Below, piece after piece: positions 11,990 through 25,558 of a stretch of 64,000 nucleotides of DNA; position 1 is the stretch's first letter, and every line of letters begins with the position of its first letter. The translations under genes and the position numbers were made by a program. The stretch comes from Pseudogymnoascus verrucosus (taxonomy: Eukaryota), in the NCBI GenBank assembly GCA_001662655.1, contig KV460225.1, one strand, 5' to 3'. The notes under the pieces are model-generated. The model was not told where the DNA came from. It did no database searches and saw nothing but the letters and a program-made list of their open reading frames with translations.

Positions 11990-13255
11990 TTAACCCGATT
12001 CCACCAACGTAGTCTTTCCCGCCTTATCCTCAACTTTTACAGTCGACTTTCCATTCTTGCCCTTTAGCCTAATCTTTGTATTCCCGTCCTTCACCTTGAC
12101 CTTATATTTCCCATTTTTCTGCTTCACCTTTACCTTGGCTGGCTTCCCCTTCTTCATCGCGCTAGGACGGTCGTAGTGGGACTTTCCGAGTTCAAGGGTT
12201 GGATGCTCCTGTTGCTGGGGCTTCGCGGGTTCCTTTGGCTTTTCGGCCGCTTTTGTGTTTTCGACTGTAGGCTTCTTGGCTGCGGGCTTCTCAGCTTTGG
12301 GTCTCTGGGCTGTGGGCCTCTTGGGTTTACAGTGCCTGGGCCTCTTAGGTTCCTCCTCGTCGTCGTCGCAGTCGTCGCAGTTGTCGCAGTCATCCTCCTC
12401 CTCCTGATCTTCATCCACCTTCTTCTCCCAACTCCTATACTCCTCCACCACCTCCCCCCAAATCTCCCCCTTCATCCTCTTCTCAAACTCCCTCTCAACC
12501 CCACCATCCACCTCCCTCCCCTCCTCCCTAACCTCAAAACTCTCCCTCCAAAATCTCTCCTCCCTCTCCACAATCGCCTTCTCCTTCCCCCCCTTCTCCG
12601 CCTTCCAACCCTCCATAACCCTAACCTCCTCCTCCTTCTCCTCCCACATCCGCCGAATCCTCGAATTAATCTCAAAGCCCTTCTCTGCCCTCTCCTTTAG
12701 AACTTCTGCCCTCACCTCCTGTCCGCGCTTAGCCCACTCACTGGACCCATCAAAACAACTATGCTGCCACGCCCCCCAATGCAGCGCATCAACCGCTACT
12801 CCAGTGCGTCCATCGCACTTAGGCGCCTCCTTCGCTTTCTTAAGCTGATAATCCCGAATCCGCTCCGGCGCTTTCATATCAACATCTGCCTTCACTTTCG
12901 ATGCCGCAATCCTCCCCTCCCCGGATTTAGCGGCCTCCTTCACCTCCGCACCAGGCACAACAACCACATCCGTGAGCCCAATATCGTCATTGAAACAGGT
13001 GTACAGCCGTGACTCGAAGCCCTGGGAGGCGGGTGGATCGCACTCATAGATTGTCTTGGGCACGGTGGCGCGGTCTTTCGGCCAGAAGCCGGTGGAGAAG
13101 GCGATGCGGGCTGGGTCGGAGGGGGGGAGGGGGTAGAAGTAGGAGACTGTTGTGTTGGGGCCGGTGCCGAAGACGCCGCCGGTGCGGGGGGAGTTGATGG
13201 GGGGGGTGGCGGGATTGAGGAAGGGGAGGGCGAGGAGTTGGGCAAGGGGTGCCAT
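11990..13255 (-). CDS. Hypothetical protein (421 aa) with Glu/Arg-rich middle and Lys-rich C-terminus
   Basis: Long ORF, A-rich start context, host-like codon pattern; no recognised domain. Confidence 0.7.
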   Translation of the reverse strand: MAPLAQLLALPFLNPATPPINSPRTGGVFGTGPNTTVSYFYPLPPSDPARIAFSTGFWPKDRATVPKTIYECDPPASQGFESRLYTCFNDDIGLTDVVVVPGAEVKEAAKSGEGRIAASKVKADVDMKAPERIRDYQLKKAKEAPKCDGRTGVAVDALHWGAWQHSCFDGSSEWAKRGQEVRAEVLKERAEKGFEINSRIRRMWEEKEEEVRVMEGWKAEKGGKEKAIVEREERFWRESFEVREEGREVDGGVEREFEKRMKGEIWGEVVEEYRSWEKKVDEDQEEEDDCDNCDDCDDDEEEPKRPRHCKPKRPTAQRPKAEKPAAKKPTVENTKAAEKPKEPAKPQQQEHPTLELGKSHYDRPSAMKKGKPAKVKVKQKNGKYKVKVKDGNTKIRLKGKNGKSTVKVEDKAGKTTLVESG

Positions 13256-13725
13256 TTTGGCGGGGTTGTGTGTGTGAAATGAGTAGTTTGTTGATCCCGG
13301 GATGGGAGATATTTAGGAGCGAAGGGGAAGAGGGGGACGAAAGTGCGGGACAAGGGGATGAAATAGGATGGGAGGGGGGTCATGGGACGCAATGAACAGT
13401 GGCATGTTGATTTAGAACAGGCCATTGTTGATGATGAGCCCTATGTTCTGTGGTCGAAGGGTCCAGATAGCTTCAAAATCACTCACCTCGCTGTCAACAA
13501 ATCATCCCACACCAACACTAAGCTCCAAAACGCGCGGTCTTTGCAAGTAAATCATACAATCCCATAGGAAAGAGTGCAAATCGATTAATCGAACTATCGC
13601 ATCGCACCAGGCTCCAAACTCTCAAACTCCAAATAACGCGACACCCCTCTAAAAAAAAGGGGGGGGATCATCACGCACGCACAATATCTAGGCCGTATAT
13701 ACATCCCAATCCCACGCTTCCCAAT

Positions 13726-14578
13726 CTACCTAAACTTGCTAACGATGACTGCAAGAATGAGCAGCACAAGCACCGTGATAATCGCAATCGTAATAATCTT
13801 ATTCGTCGCCATCCTACCACCAAAATCAGCTCGGGCGTCAATACTCCCCCTTCCGTATCTCCCCACATGCCTCCTGTAATAATAATTGTAAAAGAGAAAA
13901 TGGAACTCACCTCCTCGCCATCCCCTTCAGGGTCTTAACACTGCGGTCCACGTATCCCTCACTCTGCAATAGCGTCTCATGCGTGTGATCAATCACATTC
14001 CTCTGACGATGCAGATCTGCCAGCGTGCTCGCACCAATATCCTCTGTCTCGTTCGCCAGCCTCTGGCTGTCCCGCAGCCGCTGCGTCGATCGGTCCAATC
14101 GCTCGGTCCCGCTTAGCAGCTGCTGTCGCTGCTCCAGCTGCACGTCCCCGCCACTTGGATCATCAGCGTAGCGCGCACCGAAAAGAGCTGCGCGGTCGTT
14201 GGAAAGGTTTGCCAGTCTCCTCTTGGCGGAGTCGGTGTCGGTCTCGTGGTTGCGGAAGCGCTGGTTTATCTTGGTGCGTGCTGCGGAGGGGATGTTGGAT
14301 TTCTCGAGGCGCATTTGGTCGAGCTGGAGGGGGTTAGTTTGGGTTCATGGCTGCTAGTTTTTGGGGGCATGGGGCAGGATTGGGGGGGGAAGACGCACGA
14401 GTTCATTTGCCTCCTCCAATGCGCGCTCGGCCTGAGATATGGCGGCTTTGCGCGGCTCCCCGGAGAGCTCTGGGATCTGGTCGAGCTTCTGGTTTAAATC
14501 CGCCTGCACGAGCTTCAGCTCAGCCTCATAGCTACTGAAAAGCTCGGAGCCAGCGTCGGTATCGAGGGGGTTCGACAT
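13726..14578 (-). CDS. VTI1: Qb-SNARE Vti1; introns 14324-14398 and 13814-13910
   Basis: MSNPLDTDAGSELFSSYEAE Habc start, EQRQQLLSGTERL SNARE motif, C-terminal TM ending SKFR. Confidence 0.95.
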
Positions 14579-16007
14579 GGTGGTGGTTGTGATGTTGAGA
14601 GTTCGAGGTTGGGGGGGCTGGTTCTATTGAGAGCTGCCTTGATCGCGCTGTAGGTACTGTGGTTTGCCCAACTGCCCTCCTGTCGTGGTAGCGCTGGTTG
14701 TGAGGATAAGACTGCTCGATGAGACGAATAGGGTCGCGGGTATTTCAGGTATTAAATGCGATGGGATTGTAGAGGAGCGCGGGGAGTTGTGGTTCTTTGA
14801 TGGTTACCTTCAGTTCTGGCCATGACGACGACTGACCTTGAGGCCCTGCGCTTAACTCCAACCCCGGTTCGGCTTCAAGATTATCCTTTAGCCGGTCAAC
14901 AGACAAGTGCCAATACAGCGCTAAGCCTATTTGCGCGTCTGCGACTGTGCATATATGAATAACTTAATATTTTATCCTTTCTTCATTATTATCCAATATC
15001 AAGATGATCATTGAAACATGCCAGATGCCACAATTCTCTTGAGTTTTCTTTGTATGGGTTTATGTGATGGTGATTCTCATGCCGCAGTATGAATACATAC
15101 AGTACTTCTGTTACTAGCATACACCCGCAGATATTCAAGTCACTGTGGCCAGGAACAAGCTGATCCCGCCTTTGAAGGCCCAGAAACTGTGTCTGGACCA
15201 GACCAGGATGGAAGAAGACTTGGCTCCTTCAGACAAGCATTTGCCTGTCTTGTTTAGCTGGTTATTACCCCAGATTCCGAGGTTTCGGGGAGTTGACACT
15301 GTACTCTATTAGAGCCATGTCCTGGGAGAATGTCGTGTGCGTGTGGGTTCCTTACTTTCTCCTGGAAACCAACCTATATGGCGCACTTGACTAATTGCAG
15401 TCGAGTTAGACATGGAATATTCATCTACAGGCCAATCTCCTACTCAGAATGCCATTTTAACTCTATAGAAGCATTACTGCCAAGATCAAAGTTTCATGGT
15501 TTCCACGTTCTAACAGTTGGTGATCGTACTCCCGAGTGGAATGTGGTTGGCGATCTCCGGCGGGAGTGTGGCTTAACCCCGCATATATCGGTGAACACCG
15601 ACGTCTACCACAACCCCATATTTGTGGGGAAGATAGGGGAGAGCTGGCCGTCGCGGCATCATCTCCTGACGACACACTTGAAATGCTATGAGAGAGATAA
15701 AGTAGCCGAGGGAGATCCACATGATTTGCGGGATTTGGATGCGCCATGATGGAATTCGTTCAAGTGAACCACGATTGAACCACGATCTGCGAGGATGAAT
15801 ATGAAAGGCTACCGAAAAGCCAGCTCGTGGCAGTCGCTAGCCCAGATGGTGCACCCGAGTTGTTGAGTCGAGTTGTGGGTCGGAACCCGCCACTTACCGG
15901 CACTCTCATATTGTGGGATTGTGAGCATATTAAAGCAAGTCTAGATCCTCTGAACTTGGATGGTTCAAACTCGACTAGGGTACGACGTTTTGAGAACTGC
16001 ATTGACT

Positions 16008-17710
16008 ATGAACGGAACACTTGGAAAAGACCTCGAAAAGCAAGCCAGCGAAGACGAGCAACAAATTGAAGTGATGGATCAGATTGACTATGTGCCCACC
16101 GGGGCTATTCCTTCCGAAGATCTGGAAAAGGGCGACTCGATGTATGCGAAACTCGCAAGAATGGGGACGAAGATGAAAGTTGAAGTACGAGGCATTGAGC
16201 GAGTTCCCGAGGATGAGAGGACGGATACTTCGTACTGGAATATTGGATCCATGGTACACCCATTTTTACCTTCCCTCTCATGACTACTACTACGTTAAGT
16301 GTCTCTGATTTATCGTGCATCTATCATAGTGGCTGGCTGCCAACATGGTTGTCCCGTCCTTCACAATTGGGGTGTTGGGCCAGGCCGTGTTCGACTTGGG
16401 ATTTGTGGATGCAACTTTGGTCATTATCTTCTTCAACCTGCTATCGGTCCTGACCGTCTGCTTCTTCTCTACATTCGGCGCGGCCTTTGGGTTGCGCCAG
16501 ATGGTGCTCTCGAGGTTCTATTTTGGATGGTGGGGTGTAAAACTGAGTAAGTTCTTACCCCCTCTTGATTCATGGACACATCCCTTACCACTTATATTTT
16601 GCAGTTGCGCTATTCAACGTCTTGGCATGCATCGGCTGGGCCTCAGCAAATATCATAGTCGGAGCCCAGTTGATTAACGCAGTAAACAATGATGTGCCTG
16701 GGTTCGCCGGAATCCTCATCATCGCCTTTTGCACCTTGGTTATCGTCTTCTTCGGATACAGAGTAGTCCACGCATACGAACACTGGAGCTGGATCCCCAC
16801 GTTCATAGTCTTCCTAATCCTCCTTGGCACCTTCGCAAAATCCGGTGACTTTGTCAACCTCCCCATGGGCTCTGGCAAAGAAGAACTAGGAAAGGTTCTC
16901 TCATACGGATCCACCGTCTTCGGCTTTGGGACTGGCTACACTGCCTTCGCAGCGGATTACACCGTATACCAACCAAGCAAACGCTCTCCCCGCAAGATCT
17001 TCCTCGCGACATGGCTTGGAATCCTGCCAACTCTGCTCTTTACAGAGCTACTAGGCGCCTACGTGGTGACAGCTACGGCTCTGAATGGTGGCAATAACAT
17101 CTACCAAGAAGGGTACAAGCAATCCGGAATCGGAGGTCTTCTTGCTGCCGCCCTCTTCCCCCACCTCGGTGCCTTCGGCAAGTTCTGCCTCATCATCCTC
17201 GCCCTATCCGTCGTCGCCAACAACTGCCCCAACATCTACTCCGTCTCCTTGACACTCATGGTAATGGGCAGATGGACGCGCCACATCCCCCGCTTCGTCT
17301 GGACCGTCATCGCCACCGCGGCTTACATCGCTATCGCCATCCCAGGATACAGCAACTTCGAAGCAGTCCTCGAGAATTTCATGAATTTCATTGGGTATTG
17401 GCTAGCTATCTACGAGGGCGTGGCTCTTACAGAGCACTTCGTCTTCCGCCGCAGCTTCGCCGCATACAACGTCGAGGACTATGATAACCGCGACAAGCTA
17501 CCCCCCGGAATTGCAGCCGTTCTCGCTTTCTTCTGCGGTGTCGTTGGTATGGTCACCGGTATGAGCCAGTCGTGGTGGGTTGGACCCATTGCGCTGCGCG
17601 CTGGCTCTGCGCCCTTCGGTGGCGATCTGGGATTCGAGCTGGGCTTTGCCTTTTCTTCTGCCTCGTACTGCCTGTTCCGCACTATTGAGTTGCGCGTCTT
17701 TAAGCGCTAG
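16008..17710 (+). CDS. FCY2: Purine-cytosine permease (NCS1, Fcy2-like); introns 16254-16329 and 16547-16604
   Basis: EVRGIERVPEDER, WLAANM, GLRQMVLSR, ADYTVY, NNCPNIYS and ENFMNFIGYW motifs. Confidence 0.92.
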
Positions 17711-18104
17711 GCGTCGGCGCTGTGTAAGGGCTGATACATCACGCGAAAGAAAATACTGTAGAGCAGTATAGTGGATATGTTGAATTGATTACTATAAATG
17801 CCGGCTAATCGTCCATATGTGCACATGTATATTTGCCCATGAGCTGAACTGAGCTGGCTAGCCTGAAACCTTGGTTACTGCATAGCTAGGATGATATGCT
17901 TCTGTCGACAAGGGAAATATTGTAGTTGGTATGATATCATTTTCTCACATTGCAACAGTTGATGGGCTGCATTGGAACAGTGGCCTTGTTTCCTCCCCCA
18001 CAACCAATATGTAGTCAATCTAACTATCTACAGAGAATCCACCTCCTCCACCTCCTCCACCACTCCACCACCCCCCCTCAACCCCAAACCACCACACCAC
18101 AAGC

Positions 18105-18968
18105 TTATCCAGAGCAGTACCCAGCCTTAGCGGGCTCGCAGCCGTTGTTGCAACCAGTGAACATCTGGCACGAGTGCGCAGTATCGAAGCAACTGTTCTT
18201 GATCGTAGCGGTATCCCCGTAGTTGGAGTTGATACCCGCGAGCACGCCGCCGTTCTTGGCAATGACGCCCTCGATGTAGACGTTGCGCTTGCACTGGGAA
18301 GAGCACTGTGGGGTGTTAGTATATTCAACCGGTCCAACGACATGCACCAGGACATTGCCAGGGTAGGGGTGGAAGGGGGGAGGACTCACGTTTCCGCACG
18401 ACCTGTAAAGCTTGCCGTAATCCTCAACATAGAAGTTGATGATGTTCACAGTACCGCAGCCGTTGTGCTGAACAACCTTATCACTGGCGTGGTACGCACC
18501 ACCGCCAATAATCCAGGTCTCCTGGCCAGCCTTGTCGTTCTTAACGGTGATGGCGTCCTCGCAGACGTCCTCGAACCACACGAACTCAAGCGTACAAGGC
18601 CCATCGCAGTGCACGCCCTCAGCCTGGTTCTTGCCGATAATAACGTTCCTCAGAGTGGCACCAGAGCGGAGGAGGAAGACAGCATCAGCGTCACCTGGGG
18701 TTGTTAGCTAGGTGGTTTCTTCAATGCAAATTCAAAGTCGGCCGGGGGGGGGGAGTATCTCACCTCCCTCAGCCTGCTCATTACAAGCACCACTCCCGCG
18801 ATCAAACCTCGCCCATCCACCATCATACACCTTCCCCGCAGCGACCTCAATGACCTTACTATTCGTCTTCGTCGACGTAGCAGTCGGCACACCGCCCGTA
18901 TACGCATTACACGCCAGCGCGGCGGGAAGCAGAGCCGCGAGGCTGACGAGCTTGGATAGGTAGACCAT
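18105..18968 (-). CDS. Secreted pectate lyase (PL3); introns 18695-18763 and 18306-18389
   Basis: Signal peptide; [30 protein letters not shown] and [10 protein letters not shown] motifs. Confidence 0.93.
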
Positions 18969-19948
18969 GGTGAGCGGTTGATCGGATTTGCTTGCGGGTT
19001 GTGATTGACAAGGTGATCGACTGTGTCAGGCAAGGAGCAGAGTGACGATCTCGAGGGCGAGGGGAGCGGTTTATATAGCTCTATCTCCGGAATCGAATTT
19101 CTTCATGAAACCCATCGGTGGTCCTCGGAAGCCCGCCCAGAGCCTACCCAGCGGGTCATATAGTGGAATTTAATCAACCATATCTCGTGTGGCTGTAAAG
19201 GAAGGGCTGATAATCTCCGTCTAACATCAACCTACCTCGTCCCATATGGAGCAAGTTGTAATTTCTCATTGGAGGAATATAAGTAGACCTCGTACCGCAA
19301 GAACCACTATATAATCTGATCCCACTATACCTCGAGGCGAATTCAGTGCCGTTTCAACTACGCGCCTTGGCGGGTAATATAAACAACATTAAACATCAGA
19401 GGCTCGTCAATGCCGGTGGAGTGCTTTCCCCACACGCTTGGCGCGCGCTGCTGCTGCGTCCTCGGCTGCTTGGCGCCGGAGTGCCGGGATTCGGTGGTGG
19501 GCGGTGTCAGCGGCGAGTTGAAGTTGAAGCACCAGAGGAAGGAAATAAATTTTCCGTGCACGGTGAGGATATATTGGGCAAATTAAGAGGATTGGGCGGG
19601 ATGGGTGTCACATGGCTTTTATGTGGGAGATATTTTTTCTGTCTTCTATGGATTCTTGGGATGTGCGGTCGTTGGTAGGTTTGACAGCTTGTTACCGCGG
19701 AGGGTTTTTTTGGCTAATTTATGCTTGTAGGGCTTTTTTGTTTCCTGATCGTCGACTTTAAACATGGGTTAGCTTTTGCGGGGTAACAAGATGAGGGACG
19801 ATCTATTTGTTTTTAGAACATCCGGACGTCAGTCAGCGAACTTACCTTCAGCGAACTTTCTCTCTTCCCACTTCTCTCTCGCCTTCCCCCAAAAAAACCC
19901 CTTTCATCACTATCACCTCTCTCCTCCACCCTCACTCCCGCCACCCTC

Positions 19949-20623
19949 TCACCTCCCCAAAACCTCCTTCATCCCCCCAACCTCCTCCCCGCTCACCACC
20001 TCCCCCTCCCCCACAATCCCCGACGAATGAAACCACCTACACCTTGTCTCCCTCACCAGCACCTCCAGCACCTCCCTCCTCACTCCTCCCCCCGGCATAA
20101 TCACCAGCTCCCCTTCCCCAAAATCAGGCAAATTCCCATAACCCCCCACCACATCCCCCTCGATCCCCCCAGACGTCAACACCGCCTTGAACCCACAGGC
20201 TGCTACCTCGCGGATCGCGGCGTGGTAATCAGACGTCGCGTCGACCGCGCGATGGAATGTACACGGCAGGGGCCTCGCCAACTCCACCAACTCCGAATTC
20301 CTCTGCTTGTCCACCACCGTCACCCCCTCTTCGTCTTTCAAGATCCCGAAGACAAATCCATCAGCCAACTCCCTAAACCTCCCTATATCCTCCTCCATCT
20401 GCGTAAACTCCTCGTTACTATAAATAAAATCCCCTCCGCGCGGGCGAATCATAACCATAACAGGAATCTTAACCTCCGCCTTGATCGCCTCTAGATCAGC
20501 GAGCAGCGGGGTCGTGCCCCCCACCGAACGGTCCGCACAGAGCTCAATTCGGTCTGCCCCCGCGCTGGCGGCGATGAGAGCGGAGGGGGCGTTGAAGCAG
20601 GCGATTTCGAGGTATTTCTTCAT
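19949..20623 (-). CDS. cutC: Copper homeostasis protein CutC
   Basis: LEIAC, GADRIELC, GGTTP, MIRPRGGDF, TFHRAVD and LTSGG motifs. Confidence 0.93.
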   Translation of the reverse strand: MKKYLEIACFNAPSALIAASAGADRIELCADRSVGGTTPLLADLEAIKAEVKIPVMVMIRPRGGDFIYSNEEFTQMEEDIGRFRELADGFVFGILKDEEGVTVVDKQRNSELVELARPLPCTFHRAVDATSDYHAAIREVAACGFKAVLTSGGIEGDVVGGYGNLPDFGEGELVIMPGGGVRREVLEVLVRETRCRWFHSSGIVGEGEVVSGEEVGGMKEVLGR

Positions 20624-21263
20624 TTTTGGCGTAGTGGTGGTGGAGGTGGATGTTGGTGGTGGCGGGGTTGGCGTTTAGAGGCTGCTGGTGAGGTGGTGGT
20701 GATTGGTGTGGCGGGGTAGTGGGAACTAAAATGGTCGCTAGAGGAAGGGTCATCCCGCGATTTGAGGGGGATTTCAGGGACGGGTAAGGGGAAGGGGAAG
20801 GTTTTTTGCCTCTCGTCTTTTTTTGGAGGGGGGGGTTGTAGGATTAAGGTTAGTTTTTAAGGTTAGAGTTATAAAATATCATATGCAGAGCGGAAAATAA
20901 TAATGTAGAGATCGTAACAAGCGTCTTGATTCATTAATCCATCTATCGATCGTGTAGCCTATTACTAATGCCACTCCTCATTAAGTTATTTCGACCTTTT
21001 TGACCTTTTCGACCTCATTAAGTTGTTTTTGAAGCCATGCAACTGTAGTGTGCATCATTACCTCCTCCTCCGTTCGCCTCTCTCTCTCTTCTCGAGTTTC
21101 GTAGCCACAATCCCATTAAACTGAAACCCGTGCAACTGTAGTGTGCACCATTACCTCCTCCGCCACTCATCGCAGCCACATCCCCAGGCGTCAAGCCAGT
21201 AGAGCTGTGCTGTATCATTACTCCCCATCCCCTCATGTCGTGGTGTCGTCCCCATCCCCGGTC

Positions 21264-21909
21264 TTAAACCATAGGAATCGCATTCGCATCGTCCTTAACA
21301 TCCCCCCCCTTCGTCGCCCCCCCAAACCCACCCCCCGGCTTCACCATATCCACCGCCCTCCCCGAATTAACCTTCCTCCACACAATCACCGCATACACCA
21401 ACCCCCAAAGCGAAATAAACACCAACACCGCCGGGAACGCAACAATAAGGTAATCGCTATACCCAAACTCATACCTCCGCTTCTCGTTCGTAATCCCAAT
21501 AACCATCGAGATCAGACTCAACACCGTCACGGCCCCGTTCCCCAGCAGGAAGATCCACGCCGTCAACCGGAAGTGCGCGAAGAGCACGATGTGCCCGATC
21601 ACGATGAAGGTGCTGACCACCCCGAAGCTGCCGATCGTCGCGTAAAGGGCCTCAGTGTAGGAGTTCGAGCCTGAGTCTGTGCCTTCGTAGATGGAGAATC
21701 TGGGGGGGGGGAGGTGTCAGTAGATGCTGGAGCTGTGGTGTTGTTGGGGGAGCTAGGACGGGGGGGAGAGCTTACCCGTAGTGCATGAGGTGCCAGATGC
21801 CGACGAAGGCAGCGAAGCCGAGCTGGATGGTGAAGAGCGGGATGATGAAGCTTTTGCGCCATGGCGCGTGGATGCTCGGCGGGCGGGAGACGCTGGCCAT
21901 GTTTGACAT
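21264..21909 (-). CDS. Hypothetical four-TM membrane protein; intron 21700-21775
   Basis: MSNMASVSRPPSIHAPWRKSFIIPLFTIQL exon splices (GTAAGC..CAG) in frame to hydrophobic ORF 21264-21620. Confidence 0.7.
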
Positions 21910-23564
21910 GTTTGAGGTGGTGGTGAGGCAGAGGAATTAAGGTGTATTAGAGGAGCGTAGTTGAGGAGATGTGAGTGTGAAGTTTGTAACTTGGAGTCGG
22001 TCGTTGTCGTCGTGATGAGTGTGCCTTTGTTCGGGGGAGCAGAGATAATATATACTTCAATTTTGAGTTATCGAAGGATTCACAAAGTGTGCACCATGCC
22101 GTACGCCAAGTCCTTTGATAGACGGTCGGCAGACAAAAACTGATACCGTGCTATGTGTAAAATGAATCCTTCAGAATCGTATTTTTAGGGCAATTCTGAT
22201 TGATCTTCCTCGGCGATGTCGCATGCTGTCCCATTCTGCCCCAGTGCTCCTCAGTGCTGCCTCAGCCCTGCCCCAGTATTTCGCACATACAGTAGAGATC
22301 AGTCGCCTTCCGTCAAATGCACCCGAGACCGTCCACACATTCACACCATCACAGACAATCAGGCATCACTCCCGCCGCCCCATGTCGTGAGCCAAGAGTC
22401 TCGGCGAAGGCTGAGCCCCCCGCTCCACCATCTGTCACCCAACCATCTCCCCGCCATCATCCAACCGAGCTCTTCACAACCACAGGCCGCGACAACAAAG
22501 CACCCCCAACCCGCTTCCATCTTCCCAACTCGGCATCATCCCCCGTCCATCACGCGCCTGATATTCCTTTGACAGCAGAATCCGACTAAGCGAGCAAGAT
22601 AAACATCCGAGCTGGCGCTGAGCCTAGGGGGAAGGGGGGTTAGTGTGGGAGCTGCCCATAGCTTCTGGGGGCGCTATTGTGGGTTTGACATGTCGAGGAG
22701 GCTGGGAAAGAGGGTTGAGGGCTGTCGTATATCGTATACTTACGTATGACAGCCACGACGTGTCGTCTGAGCGGGGTGGCTTGCGATGGCTTGCGGTGAA
22801 AAAGCGCGGGAAAAGCTTGTGAGTTACTGTATGTGATGGGCTCGGCGACTTGTGATACAGCACGGTGATGCGGTGAGGGAATTCTATGCGATCGTATATC
22901 GTATACCCCATACCCATACCCGAGGGATGATGGCCTGTGGAAGAAGACGACGACCGGATCTATAACTCGAGTCAAGCCGAGGATTGGGGTCCAAAAGATA
23001 TGAAAATGCATGGATTCGTCGTCTTGGCAGGACATTCCTGTCAGTCAGAAACGCCATGCCGGAGAGTTGGTATGCCGGTGGACGGGCGATTGGCTTGCAC
23101 AGATTCGTCGTCATGATGGGAAAAGGTCTTCGGGGATTCATATCGGCGAAAGTGAGAATGCCGAGGAGGGGTGAATATGCCATTGATTCGCCGCCGCAAT
23201 AGGAAATTTATCTTGTGGGATATGCATAAATCCCAAAGAAAGGATAATTATGTATGGCCACTAGCACCAACGACACATCCAAGCACCAGCACCAACACAC
23301 CACAACACCTCACTCCATCTCCAAAACTGCATGTGTATAGTCCAAATATTTTAACCCCCCACCCCCTCCCAACCCATATTTCTTGATCATTACACCCCCA
23401 CCAACTATTCCTACACACATCCCATCCATCTAAGCCCTTTCCCCGCGGTATCTGCAAGCAAGCAGCGCTATACAACGCCGACACAAAGATTTAGATTTCT
23501 GCAAAGCCCTCCCCCAACCGAGATGCCCGTCATGAACCCCTGCACCACCCCCAACCCCGGCTCT

Positions 23565-24791
23565 TCACGCCGTCGCGAGTCCAGCGGCTTTCCCAAGTGT
23601 TCCGCTCCCCCGGCTGCTGAAGATGGACATAATCCCGAAGCCTACGTAGAACAGAGCTACAGGGTACGCGACAAGGCCGCGCGCGCTCTTCATCCTCCCG
23701 ATAACTATTTACACTCGTTAGCTTGACAGCCCCCAACGTCTCTCCACCCACCAGGAAACCGCCGCAAGAAATCCACTTGCGGAAGGGGGGGAAATATAGG
23801 TAAATAAAACAAGACAAAAAAAACTCACCACAAAACATCGCACTCGAACTCAACGTCGACCAACAAATCGCCAAACTCGTCACCGCATACCCCACCACAC
23901 TATCCAACGGCATCGCAATCCCCAACAACGACGTCAGCACCAGCGGCAACAGACAATACCCCAGCACGCTCGCGCTCTGCGGGAACGTAAGGGTACTGCT
24001 CAGATGCCCCCCGCGATCGTCGCCGCCGCCGGAGTAGCCCGCGTTACCTGCTGCCATGTGTGCGGGTGATGCGCGGCCCGAGGGCGTGTCGGGTGTCATG
24101 AGGCTGAGGATTGTGTGGAGGGCTGTGGATCCCATGAGGGCGAGGCCGTAGATGTAGCCGAAGTGGACTTTGCCGCTGAAGAGGAGGAAGGTGCCGAATC
24201 TGAGGGGGGGTTGTTGTTAGCTTAGATCTTCCACTTGAAGCTTGCCGGGGAAAGGGGGGAGTGAAGCTTACAAGAAGAAAAACAGAATCGGACCCGCGAG
24301 ATCAGAATCATCCATAATATGGCTATCAATATGCACAAACGGATTCAACACCGCCAGCGTCTATCACATCGTTAGCCCTTTTCCTCCTCTCCCCCCTCAC
24401 AACAACCGCGCACACCCAGGGTCCAAAACAAACCTACCTTAACCTTAATATGCCCAAAATTAACCCCCAACTCCTCCTGCAGCGGCGGCTCCCCCTCATA
24501 CCCCTCCGTCGAAAAAGCCGCCAACCACCCCGTCCTCAGTCCCCCCTGCTCCCCCATCCGTCCACTCACCCTCGCCTGCCCTGCGCCAACTCCCGGACTG
24601 CTGAACCCCCCCGAGCTTGCGCCGACGCCGTAGCCCCCCATGGAGCCGCTGGGGGCGCCGTAGCCGCCGTATCCGCCAGCTTGTCCGGAGGCGCCGGTGG
24701 GAGGGCTGGGGTAGGAGGAGGGGTAGAATTGCAGGTTTTGGGGGGAGGTGGTGGTGTATTGGTCTGGGGGGGCGCCATAATGTTGTGCCAT
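23565..24791 (-). CDS. YIP1: ER-Golgi trafficking protein Yip1; exons 24791-24438, 24360-24272, 24199-23829, 23704-23565
   Basis: [42 protein letters not shown] and [10 protein letters not shown] motifs. Confidence 0.95.
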
Positions 24792-25558
24792 CGTTGGGGA
24801 GGGTGCACGCCGGTGGGCGTGTGTGCGTTCGTCAGGTATTTGTAGATGTGTGATTGGTGCTCGTCAAGGTGTGTTTGAGACTGAGATTGAGAGAATGAGT
24901 GTCGTTAAACGTGTTCGTGGAGGGTTGGAGCTGGAAGTTGATGTTTCTGGATCTGGAAAGACAGTTTTGGGACAACGAGCGCATAGCTACAAGTTACGGT
25001 GTACGTAGTAAAGGAGGTCTGTGCCAGCCAGGCAGCGGGGTTTGGGGGTCACGTGGTGTTGTTTTCGGAGGGATGGATTTTCCGGCCGGGATGGGTTATA
25101 AGATTATATGAGATCGTCGAACCAGAGGGGGGGAGAGATGGTCTTAACAACTAAGTTTCAATTACTTTTCAAGTAAATACGACGTCTTAAAATATATGAA
25201 CTTGACGGTTAAACAGAGATGATAGCTGATATATATCCTCCTGCGCACGCGGACGCCCCTTTAGCGGCATAGAGCTCTCTTCCAACGGGTCTACCCGCCG
25301 CCATTGCCGCCGCACCAATGATACGGAAGGCTTCTTTAGTCCTTACCGCCGTTTTATTCACTTGAACCGTTCCTGTCTACTTCTCATATCGGCCTGATCA
25401 AAGTACTATAACAGACCACTTTCCATATCCCTATATATACAACCCCTACCAGACCCCTCCTACCTCCCAATCCACCATCCATCACCCGTATCCTCAAAAC
25501 ACCCAACCCCTCCTTCCCCATTTTACTCAGTTAACCTCACATCACCCCTCCCTCCAAA

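Noticed and set aside
15330..15749. 139-aa ORF upstream of the permease
   Set aside because: No coding-like composition or motifs; likely promoter region
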